Source: Setoptus koraiensis
Taxonomy: Eukaryota; Animalia; Arthropoda
Reading direction: 5' to 3'
Length of the DNA stretch: 64,000 bases
Assembly (NCBI GenBank): GCA_048013815.1
Contig: CM106586.1
Span: 2,170,001 to 2,234,000 of the forward strand
Made by a program: the position numbers and the translations under genes. Position 1 is the first letter of the stretch, and each line of letters begins with the position of its first letter. The notes under the pieces are model-generated. The model had not been told where the DNA came from and made no database searches. It saw only the letters and a program-made list of their open reading frames with translations. Of this stretch, positions 39,751-52,003 are shown piece after piece.

Positions 39751-40170
39751 ATGACTCTAGAAACAAAGGAACAAGTGACCGCTGTAGAGCAACCAACAGC
39801 CACCGACGAACAAACTGAACAGACAAATGACACTCAACAAGTAAAGTCATCGCCCGCTCAAAAATTCTGGGCCAAATTACTAAAGAAGGGTCCTACCCAA
39901 AGCCCCGCAGTCAAGGCAGCTAAAGCCGCGAAAGCCGCAGCAAAAGCCGCTGACGATGCAGCTAAATCAGCTGCTGTTGCAAGGAAGGCTGCTGACGATG
40001 CAGCTAAGGCCGCCACTGCCGCTGCTAAAGCAGAAGAGGAGGCCAAAAAAAGGGAAGAAGAGCAGCTAAGGCAACAAAAAGAGCAGCAAGAAGAACAACA
40101 GAAGCAACAAGAGGCACAGCAGACCGAGCAACCCACCAAGGTTGAAGTGACACCTCAGCCCACCGAATGA
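39751..40170 (+). CDS. Small Ala/Lys/Glu/Gln-rich predicted helical protein (139 aa), unknown function
   Basis: Clean ATG-to-TGA ORF after an A-rich leader; repeated KAADDAAK and KAAKAA motifs with varied codon third positions; no recognisable domain. Confidence 0.7.
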   Translation: MTLETKEQVTAVEQPTATDEQTEQTNDTQQVKSSPAQKFWAKLLKKGPTQSPAVKAAKAAKAAAKAADDAAKSAAVARKAADDAAKAATAAAKAEEEAKKREEEQLRQQKEQQEEQQKQQEAQQTEQPTKVEVTPQPTE

Positions 40171-40441
40171 GATCAACACTGAATGTCCATAACAACCACG
40201 CATTTTATACACCATTTTCAATCAATAATCAACATGTAAATCAGCGTATTAATATCTACAGGACATCAATAAATTGACCATGACACTATGATTTTATACC
40301 AATATTATTACCTGACATTATATTCTGATACAATAGACGCAGAGCACATTTTAATCGCATTCGTGTATCTCCTACTTGACTTCAACATATTTATTCTCGA
40401 ATGTAGTACCTTAATGCACTGGTTTGTTGAAAATCAACTAG

Positions 40442-42367
40442 TTACAAGAAATGTAGCTTGTTTCTGAGCCGGGCATGTGGGGCCTGTTTCAGGTGGTCCC
40501 CCACCAAGCGGACTAATTTCGTGGCATACTGACACGGAGCTGGTACGCTCATGAAATCTCTATTGAAGTAAATTTGACACAGTTTCAAAGCAAGATCTTG
40601 ATGCTCTGTTACACCATACTTCGTCTCATCCAGAGCTACTCTGTACAAAGTCGGATTGACAAACCGTCTATCTGATTTCGCGCTCGTCATTAAGAATCCC
40701 TTCGAAATTTCCCGCGAATCTATAACAGTTCCAGCTACAGAATTCTCTACCTTAGCATCAGCGTCCACTTGTGGTACATATTTGAAAAATCTCGCTGAAT
40801 TATTTCTATCAACGTGTACTATAGATAACAAAATCCTCAGGCTTGCATGCCATTTCTCCAGAGTAGGCTTCAAGATTTCAAGAAGCTTGTCAGGATTGTA
40901 ATGTTTCATAATACCCTTAACTCTCTTATTCTCCTCATAGTACAATATGATCTTATGAGGAACCAATGAGTTTTCATTTCTATATCTTGCAACTGCCAAA
41001 CTCACAAATTTTGCCACGAGACTCAACAGAGAGCACTCGTCAAAATTTGGCTCCGCGTCGGAATACCATTTCGTCAAATTAGCATTTAGAGACGAACAGA
41101 ATGCTATGGAGTATTTATATGGTAACCTATTCCGATCACAGTGTAAAGCGAAAGAGCATACTATCATATGACGAGGTAAACTCTTCAGAGACCATGGTTC
41201 GGCCCCGGTTTTAGCCGCAATTTGAATTGCGACTCGTTCCAATAAGCCTTTTGAACTCTCAGAGTTTTGTGCGAGACTTTTCAATGATTGTATTTTGATG
41301 ACTTGCGATGGGACTCCCTTGACAACGGTAAGCAGCTTCTTTATACTATCATACCTTTCTTTCTTATCTGAAGGTACAACGATGAGTACGAGAGAGCATT
41401 GATCTATGTTGAGGAGTGTTCGGATGGTTGAATCCAGCGACCCAATTGATCTAAAATTCTCAACTTCCGAATATGTACATTTGTATGTAAAACCTAAATG
41501 TTCTAACATTTTGGGTAGGTCAAACTTAACAAATTCTTTTAACAGAATATCCATTTCTTTATAAGTAACAATTGTTAGATTACCAACGATCGCTCTACCA
41601 GGAGTGAAAGCTCGAGGGGACATACAGTTGTCAATGTTCAATCTACAATCTTTTTTCATGGTGCCAAGACGTTTGACATCTAGTATGCAAGAAGACACTG
41701 TGATTAGTTGGCCATTTTTTGTCGAACAGCCGTTCTTCTGATTCGTGGGTCTAAAATTGTTTAGCCCATAAAGCGATTCCTGGATAGTTTCATAGAACTT
41801 TTTAATAGACTCAAATTCTTGCGAGGCACTAGATCTTGCTGATGGATACTGTCTGTCTAGTAGACCCAATAAAAAGCAAAATTCCGGTATTAGATAGATA
41901 GGATTTGTAGTTGAGTTTATAGACTTCCCATATTCCTTCACCAGAAGAAGAGGTTGACACGTACTTCGATTACTCAATTTAATGTTGTATTTGGCTTCTA
42001 AGTAATTTTTGAACGAGACAACAAGACCATCTTTTGTAGTGAATTCTGAGAAAGGAGTTTTTGTACAGTCGACATCTATAATTTTATAGATTTTGTTATT
42101 GTACAATGTAACAACTTTTTTGTGTCTTAAAGTTTCTTTTATGTGGATCCGAAAGAGGTTTATGGCGACTCTCTGAAATATTTCAACCATGAAATATTCG
42201 CAAGAGTATTTTTGCACGTACAATACCCTAGGTGTAATACTAACTTGCGCACCATGACGTATAACGGATAGTCCATCTACAACATCAATTCCAAACTTGT
42301 GACATATAGTTCGTAGTGATTTAAAGTCGAAATAGTCTCCATGAAGTTTGTTCCACAAATTATACAT
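40442..42367 (-). CDS. Divergent PIWI-clade Argonaute (partial L1, PAZ, MID, PIWI), single ORF of 641 aa; 5' end probably cut by the assembly artefact
   Basis: PAZ: VVTLYNNKIYKI.DVD..KTP.SEF, SFKNY...KYNI, QPLL, YLIPEFC.L.GL. MID: RYDSIKK..VPSQV, QIAAKTG.EPW. PIWI: GTVID, VNPTLY, SVPAPCQYA.KL, LRNKLHFL C-terminus typical of the PIWI clade. Confidence 0.92.
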   Translation of the reverse strand: MYNLWNKLHGDYFDFKSLRTICHKFGIDVVDGLSVIRHGAQVSITPRVLYVQKYSCEYFMVEIFQRVAINLFRIHIKETLRHKKVVTLYNNKIYKIIDVDCTKTPFSEFTTKDGLVVSFKNYLEAKYNIKLSNRSTCQPLLLVKEYGKSINSTTNPIYLIPEFCFLLGLLDRQYPSARSSASQEFESIKKFYETIQESLYGLNNFRPTNQKNGCSTKNGQLITVSSCILDVKRLGTMKKDCRLNIDNCMSPRAFTPGRAIVGNLTIVTYKEMDILLKEFVKFDLPKMLEHLGFTYKCTYSEVENFRSIGSLDSTIRTLLNIDQCSLVLIVVPSDKKERYDSIKKLLTVVKGVPSQVIKIQSLKSLAQNSESSKGLLERVAIQIAAKTGAEPWSLKSLPRHMIVCSFALHCDRNRLPYKYSIAFCSSLNANLTKWYSDAEPNFDECSLLSLVAKFVSLAVARYRNENSLVPHKIILYYEENKRVKGIMKHYNPDKLLEILKPTLEKWHASLRILLSIVHVDRNNSARFFKYVPQVDADAKVENSVAGTVIDSREISKGFLMTSAKSDRRFVNPTLYRVALDETKYGVTEHQDLALKLCQIYFNRDFMSVPAPCQYATKLVRLVGDHLKQAPHARLRNKLHFL

Positions 42368-42406
42368 ATCCTCTCACAAACAACAAAGAGAAAGAAAAGA
42401 AGAGAT
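42368..42406 (+). other. Degraded PacBio SMRTbell hairpin adapter (technical sequence)
   Basis: atcctctcacaaacaacaaagagaaagaaaagaagagat aligns to the adapter ATCTCTCTCAACAACAACAACGGAGGAGGAGGAAAAGAGAGAGAT (recalled from memory) and lies exactly at the fold-back axis. Confidence 0.88.
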
Positions 42407-45400
42407 ATGTATACATGATTGAACAAAACTTCATGGACTATTTCGACTTTAAATCACTACACTATATGTCACATTTGAATTGATGTTAATGACTATCCGT
42501 TATACGTCATGTGCGCAAGTATATACACCTAGGTATTGTACTGCAAAAATAATCTTCGAATATTTCATGTTGAAATATTCAGAAGTCGCCATAAACCTCT
42601 TTCGATCCACATAAAAAAACTTTAAACACAAAAAAGTTTACATTGACAATAACAAAATCTATAAAATTAAGATTCACTGTACAAAAACTCCTTCTCAGAA
42701 TTCACTACAAAGAGGTCTTGTTTCTCGTTCAAAAACTTAGAAGCCAAATACAACATAAATTATAATCGAAGTACTGTCAACCTCTTCTTCGTGAAGGAAT
42801 ATGGAAGTCTATAAACTCAACTACAATCCTATCTATCTAATACCGAATTTGCTTTTTATTGTCTACTAACAACAGTATCCATCAGCAAATCTATCCTCCA
42901 AAATTTGAGTCTATTAAAAAGTTCTATAAACTATCCAAATCGCTTTATGCTAACAATTTAGACCCACGAATCAAAGAACGCTGTTCGACAAAAAATGCCA
43001 ACTAATCACAGTGTCTTCTGCATACTAGATTCAAACGTCTTGCACCATAAAAAAGATTTAATTGAACATTGACAACTTAGTCCCCTCGACTTCACTCTGT
43101 AGAGCGATCTTGTAATCTAACAATTTTACTTATAAAAATGATATTCTGTTAAAAGAATTGTTAAGTTTGACCTACCCAAAATGTTAGAACATTTAGGTTT
43201 TACATACAAATGTACATATCGGAAGTTGAATTTTAGATCAATTGGTCCGATCAACCATCCGAACACTCCTCAACATAGATCAATCTCTCTCGTACTCATC
43301 TTGTACCTTCAGATAAGAAAAAAGTATGATATATAAAAAGCGCTTACCTTGTCAAGAGTCCCATCGCAAGTCATCAAATACAATCATGAAAATCTCGCAC
43401 AAAACTCTAAGTCAAAAGCTTATTGAACGATGCCAATTCAAATTGCGCTAAACCGCCGAACCATGCTCTGAAGAGTTTACCTCGTCATATGATAGATCTC
43501 TTTCGCTTACACTGTGATCAATAGTACCATATAAATACTCCATAGCATTCTGTTCGTCTCTAAATGCAATTGACGAAATGTATTCCGACGCGACCAAATT
43601 TGACGAGTGCTCTCTTTAGTCTCTCAAAATTTGTATTCATTGCAAGTATAAAATAAAACTCTTGTCCTCATAAATCATATTGTACTATGAGAAATAAAGA
43701 TTAAGTATTAGAAACATTACAATCCTACAACTTCTTAAATCTTGAAGCCTACTCGAAATGCATGCAAGCCTAGATTTTGTTATACTATATACACGTTTGA
43801 TAAAATATTCACGAGATTTTTCAAATATTACCACAAGTGACCTGATCTAAGTAAGAAATGTCTGTACTGGAACTGTTATAGATCGCGAAATTTCGAAGGA
43901 TGCTTATGACGAGCGCGAAATCAGATAACGTTTTCAATCCGACTTGTACAATACTCTATGAACAATATGTTAACAGACATCAAATCTTGCTTTGAAACTG
44001 TGCAAATTTACTTCAATAAGATTTCATACGTACCAGCTCCGTTCATATGCCACGAAATTATCCGCTGTGGTGACCACCTGAAACAGCCCCACATCCCGCT
44101 CAGAACAACTACATTTCTTGTAACTAGTTATTTTCAACAAACCAGTCATTAAGTACTACATTCGAGAATAAATATGAGTCATGAATACACAATCATTAAA
44201 AATGTCTCGCTCTATTGTATCAGAATATAATGTCAGTAATAATATTGTATAAAATCATATGTTATTCAATTTATTATGTCCTGTAATATTAATACGCTTT
44301 ACATGCTGATTATTATTGAAAATGTATAAAATCTGGTTTTATGACATTCATGTTATCCATCGTGCTGAGTTCCTGCAACGTGTGGTTGCTCGTCTCTGTC
44401 CTCTTTTGCTTCTTGTTCTCTTGCTCTCTTTTGTGCCTTAGCTGCTTCTTCCCTTTTTTGGCACTCCTCTTCTGCTTAGCACGGCATGCACCGTACTGCA
44501 TCTCAGCACCTCCTTCACAGCAGCTGATTTACTGCATCGCACCTTTTGCTGCGCTTCGCGCTTTAGCTGCCTTGACGCGGCTTTGGGAGACCCTTCTTTA
44601 TAATTTGCCCAGAATTTTGACGCGATGACTTACTTGTTATGTCATTTGTCTGTTTCATTTGTTCTCGTGCTGTTGTTGCTCTACAGCGTCACTTGTTCCT
44701 TTGTTTCTAGAGTCATATTTATTTTTTATTTATATCATTTATGTTATATTTATCAATTACTTATCGATCGATGCTTGTCATGAGAGATTAGTATTGTTGA
44801 TATGTCAATATCATATTGACGATTCTAAAATAAATCCTGTTCTATTACTATGTTAATAGTAAAAATTAGATAAATATTCAAATCACACAATGACCGTACT
44901 ATTTTTATACGATATGTACCATATGATAGCAATTTGCCTCTCCCTATAGCCAACGTACCGCTAAATTCAAAAGTTCCGTGTTCTCACACGGACCAATAAC
45001 TATTGAACCAATTTTCGTCTTTTGCGCATATGTAAGAATTCGTTGTCAAATATCTTGTCCATTCATGTCCATTTGAACGCACCCCAATCGACCATGGCGA
45101 CCCTGAAATCGCCACGCCGAGCATGCCCAAGTTGCTAATGCGCATTCATAACAATTTTGCCATACTATCGTCGAGTGGATTCCCTCCCCTCGAGCTCCCA
45201 CTTTTCCCTCCCGTTGTACCGCTCTTTTCAATCAATCGTCACATCGATAATCGTCGAAACTAATCAGTATTATTACTGCATTGATTAATCACCTTCTTAA
45301 CATCACTAGTGTATTACACTGGTTTTGTACTTTATTGTTGCATAAATTTCTAACACATTTTTGAAAGTCATATAGACACACAATTTCACGTTAATATTGT

Positions 45401-46938
45401 CCGACATGAATATTGTTGATAGAATAAATCATCGATTCTTACAAGTCCTCTTTAATGCGCTTCCTTCAACTGTTTCACGAATCCATCATTGGGTCGCACG
45501 AAGGATCTTGCCTCCTTGACGGCGTTTAGAGCATCGTTAAAGTTGAGCTTCTCTCTTTTCATTAAGTAGGCAACACAGATTGCAGTTGATCTCGACAAAC
45601 CAACTGTTCCCTTACAATGAACAAGAACATTACCTGCTTTTTTCCCCTCATCTATGAAATTGAAACATTCGTCGTATACTTGAGACAACTGAAAATCAGG
45701 ATTGTCCTGAACGTCTACATTCTTGTAACAATATTCACTAGCATATTTATTTTCAACATCGCTAGCCAGGTTCAATATATAGTTATTCCATATATCCAAC
45801 TTTCCTTGTGTTGACAACATCATCATGCTATATTACCGAAAATATAATTAACTATTATCACTCATTTTGCTAGCTTTGATGCAATTATATAAAGAATAAT
45901 ATGTACCTATCAACAAGCCGTACTATATATCCAACTGCAATCTAGTCTTGTTCTTCTGACCTTACATCGCTAATATACGTGCACCTTTGCTCCTCTTTTT
46001 TCAACTAAATTCTCACCTGATGTGTACTACTTTTGCTCACTTTATCTTTACGCTAAAACCTGTCAATGATTAACACAAAGTATCGTGTACGACAAGTTCT
46101 ATTGATTATAATGCCCTCTATTCATATACTCTTTATCTTGGCTCTATATACTGATATAGAACCCAACAGCAAAAAAAATCGTGACATAAATGTATCTAAA
46201 AATAGCAGCTCGTTTTGATTTGCTCGTTTTACTTGTTCCACATCAAACCCGTACAAATGTTTGCTTGCTGTGTTCTCATTATTAGTGAGACGACAGCACT
46301 GAACAATTAACACATCTGCAACATTATACCTCCATCTAGCCCAATTCTACTAATTATCAACAAAAATCAACGAGCTAAAGCAGAATCAATCACGAAAATC
46401 AAAATTACAGCACTCATGAAAGCAGTGATTCATGAATAGATACAGAGCAGTTTTGTATGTGTTCCATGTGTGTATACCGTGTTGTTCAGTCAGCCAAAAA
46501 TTATCAAAAGGTATCAAAAGTGGTATGCATACCGATTTTCCTCTTGAACTAACCCTCTTTGTCTATTACTCAAACATACCCATATTCAATAGAAATAAAT
46601 CTCGCATCCGCTCTCTCACTGTACTCCGACTTGAGCACAACAAGTGTATCAAAATTCACTCTGAATGCCTGTAATCTATTCTTATCCTGCTGTATTTGTC
46701 TAAGACTAACCAATACTAAATACTAACCAATAAATCAACAAAAGATCACAGAGAATTATCATCTACGTCACGTACCTTATAGTCCGAGAGATGCAAGATG
46801 TTTTCAGAGAAAGTATGTTTGGTTCTGGCCGAGCTTTTATAGAGGATATTGCAATAGTAGTACACGACGACTCATAGCGTGTGCTACAATCATCTATTTG
46901 CCACAGCAATAGATACATTGCTCACAGTATGTATACAT
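42407..46938 (-). repeat. Error-rich inverted copy of about 37300-42367 (second pass of the same read); includes a polished copy of DUSP19 exon 2 at about 45452-45830
   Basis: Colinear reverse complement of the PIWI, Ala/Lys ORF, GC island and DUSP19 region; about 10% shorter through single-base deletions, mostly of G. Confidence 0.93.
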
Positions 46939-46974
46939 AGCCTCTCTACCACAACATCGAATTAGAGATGAGAT
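46939..46974 (+). other. Second, more degraded SMRTbell adapter remnant
   Basis: agcctctctaccacaacatcgaattagagatgagat at the second turning point, flanked like the first by TATACAT and ATGTATA. Confidence 0.7.
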
Positions 46975-49900
46975 ATGTATACAATATACAATGTATATGA
47001 TGTGAACAATAGAGATGTAAAGACATATCAACTATGACGTCGTAATCCCGTTAATCGATTAAAGATCCTCTATAAAAGCACGACCTAGTACTGCAACCAA
47101 ACAAACCTGCTCTGATAACAAAGATTGATATATGACGTAAGGTAGCCGCTGAACGAGATGACTAACATTCTCTGATACTTTTGTTGAGCACTGTGTTAGT
47201 ATATATCTCTGTCTCGCGTAGACAAATCTACAGCAGAGAAAGCAAGAGATTACCAGCATTACCACAGTAACTCTTGTGATACAAACTTTGTGCTCAATCG
47301 AGTACAGAAGACCGAGAATCAGATTTACTTCTATTTAATATTATGTTATAACTAACAAAAGGTTAGATCAGAAAAAATCGTAAATGCATACCATTTTGCA
47401 CTACCTCTTATACATTTCTCTGCCATGACTGAACAACAACGTATACAACACCATGAACACACCATACAAACTGCTCCCTCTATCTATTCATCGCAATACC
47501 ACCTGCTCCCTTCATGAGTGCTGAATTCTGATTCTAGATGACTCCGTTACTCCCTTGATTTGCTTGATATTATCAGAATTTCTCAGCTGATAATAAGTGC
47601 AAGACTGCTAATTGCTCATCTTCGCTCTCAACTAATATAAACACACATCTAAGCAATCATTTGTACGGTTTGATTGAACAAGTAAAACGACAAATCCAAA
47701 CAGCTGCTACTTTTACGCATACACTTTATTCACATTTTTTTCTTCTGTTTCTCACTATCAGTACTATAGAGCCAATAAATAGTATATGATACCGAGCATA
47801 TATATACAATAAAATTTGTCGTCACACGCATACTTGCATTTCAATCAATGAAAGTCTCACAGCGTAACTGAATATTGAGACAAAAGTATAGACACCATCA
47901 TGAATTTAGTGAAAAAGAGACATAACCGCTATACTATCTACGATGCTCAATCAAGAAAACAAAGAAAGCTAACTTCAATTACTTATAGAACCGCTTGTTG
48001 ATAGTAAATATCTATTCTCTATTATTAATTGCCAATCAAACGACAAACCATGATACTAACTATTATTATCATTTCTCCGTAATATACATCCAATTTGCTC
48101 AACACAAAAATCTGATACTTATGATACTCTATATTGAACCTGCTAGCGATTTAAAATAAATATCTAGATATTGTACAAAATGTAACGTCAGAACATCCTA
48201 TTTCAGTGTCTCAGATACACGAATTTCAATTCATAGATGAGAAAAAGCATATGTTCTTGTTCATGTAAGGACATTGTTTCGAATCAACTCAATCTGTGCC
48301 TACTTAATATAAAAGACTCAACTTTACGATCGCGTCTAAACGCCGTCAAGAGCAAGATCCTCGTGCACCCAATATGATCGGAAACAGTTGAAGAACGCAT
48401 TATAAGACTTGTAAGAATCGATGATTTATGTCTATCAACAATATCATGTCGACAATATTAACGAATTGTGTCTATATGACTTTCAAATGTGTTAGAAATT
48501 TATGCAACAATAAAGTACAAAACCATGTAATACACTAGTATTGAAGAAGTGATTAATCAATGCAGAATAATACTGATATTTCGACGATTATCTACTGACA
48601 TTAGTGAAAAAGCGTACAAACCCGGAGGAAAGTGAGCCTCCCAGAGCAACTCCCCACACTCGACATAGATATGGCCAAAATTGCTTATGAATCGCCCCCC
48701 ATTACAACTTGCGCGCATGCTCGACTGCGATCTCAGCTCGCCATGTCGACTTGCGTCCCGTTCAAAATGGACATCGAATGCCACAAGATATTTGACAACG
48801 AAATTCTCTAAATATGCGCAAAAGACGAAAATTGTTCAATAGTTCCATTGGTCAGTGTTGAGAACAAACGAACTTTTGAATTTAGCGCTACGTCTGCGCA
48901 TATAGAGAGGCAACTTCGATCATTAGTACCCAATATCGCTATAAAAATATAACGTCAATTGTGTAATTTGAATATTTATCTAATTTTATTATTCAACAAT
49001 AGTAATCAGAACAGCATTTCATTTTAGAAATCGCTCAATATGACTAATTGACAGATCAACAATCAATAATTATCAGCTCCCCTGACAAGCATCCGATAGA
49101 TAAGCTAATTGACTAATACTAACATAATTGATAATAAATAAAAAAAAATATGACTCTAAAACAAAGGAACAATGACCGCTGTAGAGCAACCAACAGCCAC
49201 CGACGAACAAACTGAACAACAAATACACTCAACAAGTAAAGTCATCGCCCCTCAAAAATTCTGCCAAATACTAAAAAGGTCCTACCCAAACCCCGCAGTC
49301 AAGCACTAAACCGCGAAAGCCGCAGCAAAAGCCGCTGACGATGCACTAAATCACTGCTGTTGCAAGAAGCTGCTGACGATGCAGCTAAGGCTGCCACTGC
49401 CGCTGCTAAAGCAAAGAGAGCCAAAAAAAGAAGAAACACTAAGGCAACAAAAAGACAGCAAGAAGAACAACAAACAACAAGAGCACAGCAACCGACAACC
49501 CACCAAGGTTGAAGTGACACCTCAGCCCACCGAATGAGATCAACACTGAATGTCCATAACAACCACCATTTTATACACCATTTTCAATCAATAATCAGCA
49601 TTAAACGTATAATATCACAACATCATAAATGACCATAACACTATGATTTTATACCAATATTATTACCTGACATTATATTCTATACAATAACGCAGACACA
49701 TTTTAATCGCATTCGTATCTCCTACTTGACTTCAACATATTTATTCTCGAATGTATACTTTAATGCACTGTTTTGTTGAAAATCAACTAGTTACAAAATG
49801 ACTGTTTTCTGACCGCATTGCCTTTTCAGGTGGTCCCCCACCAAGCGACTAATTTCGTGCATACTGACACGGAGCTGGTACGCTCATGAATCTCTATTGA

Positions 49901-51502
49901 AGTAAATTTGACACAGTTTCAAAGCAAATCTTATGCTCTGTTACACCATACTTCGCTCATCCAGACTACTCTGTACAAAGTCGGATTGACAAACCGTCTA
50001 TCTGATTTCGCCTCGTCATTAAATCCCTTCGAAATTTCCCCGCAATCTATAACATTCCACTACAATTCACTACCTTAGCATCACGTCCACTTGTGGTACA
50101 TATTTGAAAAATCTCGCTAATTATTTCTATCAACGTTACTATAGATAACAAAATCCTCACTTGCATGCCATTTCTCCAGGGAGACAGAGCACGAGGTAGC
50201 TTCAAATTCAAGAACTTGTCAGATTGTAATTTTCATATACCCTTAACTCTCTTATTCTCCTCATAGTACAATATGATCTTATGAGAACCATGATTTTCAT
50301 TTCTAAATCTTGCAACTGCCAAACTCACAATTTTGCCACGAACTCAACAGAAGCACTCGTCAAAATTTGCTCCGCTCGGAATACCATTTCTCAAATAGCA
50401 TTAGAGACAACAGAATGCTATGAGTATTTATATGTAACCTATTCCATCACAGTGTAAAGCGAAAAGCATACTATCATATGACGAGTAAACTCTTCAGAGA
50501 CCATGTTCGCCCCGTTTTTAGCCGCAATTGAATTGCACTCGTTCCAATAAGCTTTGAACGCTCAGAGTTTTGTGCGAACTTTTCATGATTGTATTTTATG
50601 ACTACGATGACTGTCCTTGACAAACGTAACAGCGTCTTTATACTATCATACCTTTCTTCTGTATCTGAAGTACAACATGAGTACGAGAAGCATGATCTAT
50701 TAGAGAGTTCGATGGTTGAATCCACGACCCAATTGATCTAAAATTCTCACTTCCAATATGTACATTGTATGTAAACCTAAATTTCTAACATTTTGGTAGT
50801 CAAACTTAACAAATTCTTTTAACAGAATATCCATTTCTTTATAAGTAACAATTGTTAGATACCAACGATCGCTCTACAGTGAAGCTCGAGACATACATTC
50901 AATTTCAATCTACAATCGTTTTTCATGGTGCCAAACGTTGACATCTAATCAAGAAACACTGATTATTGCCATTTTTGTCAACACCGTCTTCATCTAGGTC
51001 TAATTGTTACCCATAAACGATTGCCTGATATTTCATAAACTTTTATAGACGCAAATCTTCGACACTAATCTGCTGATGATACTTCTTCTATAGACCCAAT
51101 AAAAACAAAATTCCGTATTAGATAATAGATTGTATAGTTTAGACGTCCCATATTCCTTCACAAAAAGTACACTACTTCATTACTCAATTAATGTATTTCT
51201 CTAAGGAATTTTAACGAACACAAACCATCTTTGTAGTGAATGCGAAAAGAGTTTTGTACATCGACATCTATAATTTTATAGATTTGTATTGTACAATGTA
51301 ACAACTTTTTGTCTTAAAGTTTCTTTAGTGATCCGAAAGAGTTATGCACTCTCTGAAATATTTCAACCATGAAATATCGCAAGAGTTTTTGCACGTACAA
51401 TACCCTAGTGTAATACTAACTTGCCACCATACGTAAACATATCCATCTACACATCATCCAAACTTTACAATAGTTCTTGATTGATCAAATTCTCCATAGT
51501 TT
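46975..51502 (+). repeat. Error-rich direct copy of about 37300-42345 (third pass)
   Basis: Colinear with the clean copy, frameshifted throughout, same deletion bias, and ends at almost the same position as pass 1. Confidence 0.93.
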
Positions 51503-52001
51503 NNNNNNNNNNNNNNNNNNNNNNNNNNNNNNNNNNNNNNNNNNNNNNNNNNNNNNNNNNNNNNNNNNNNNNNNNNNNNNNNNNNNNNNNNNNNNNNNNN
51601 NNNNNNNNNNNNNNNNNNNNNNNNNNNNNNNNNNNNNNNNNNNNNNNNNNNNNNNNNNNNNNNNNNNNNNNNNNNNNNNNNNNNNNNNNNNNNNNNNNNN
51701 NNNNNNNNNNNNNNNNNNNNNNNNNNNNNNNNNNNNNNNNNNNNNNNNNNNNNNNNNNNNNNNNNNNNNNNNNNNNNNNNNNNNNNNNNNNNNNNNNNNN
51801 NNNNNNNNNNNNNNNNNNNNNNNNNNNNNNNNNNNNNNNNNNNNNNNNNNNNNNNNNNNNNNNNNNNNNNNNNNNNNNNNNNNNNNNNNNNNNNNNNNNN
51901 NNNNNNNNNNNNNNNNNNNNNNNNNNNNNNNNNNNNNNNNNNNNNNNNNNNNNNNNNNNNNNNNNNNNNNNNNNNNNNNNNNNNNNNNNNNNNNNNNNNN
52001 N
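51503..52001. other. Assembly gap (about 500 N)
   Basis: Run of N. Confidence 1.
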
Positions 52002-52003
52002 NC

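Noticed and set aside
42407-44110. PIWI pseudogene forming a giant hairpin with the PIWI gene (attractive as a self-silencing dsRNA locus)
   Set aside because: The loop is a SMRTbell adapter remnant and the copy has sequencing-type G deletions, so this is an artefact
45452-45826. Second DUSP19 CDS in the ORF track
   Set aside because: It is a polished patch within the artefactual inverted copy
49780-51502. Third, frameshifted PIWI copy suggesting a tandem PIWI cluster
   Set aside because: It is part of the third pass of the same read
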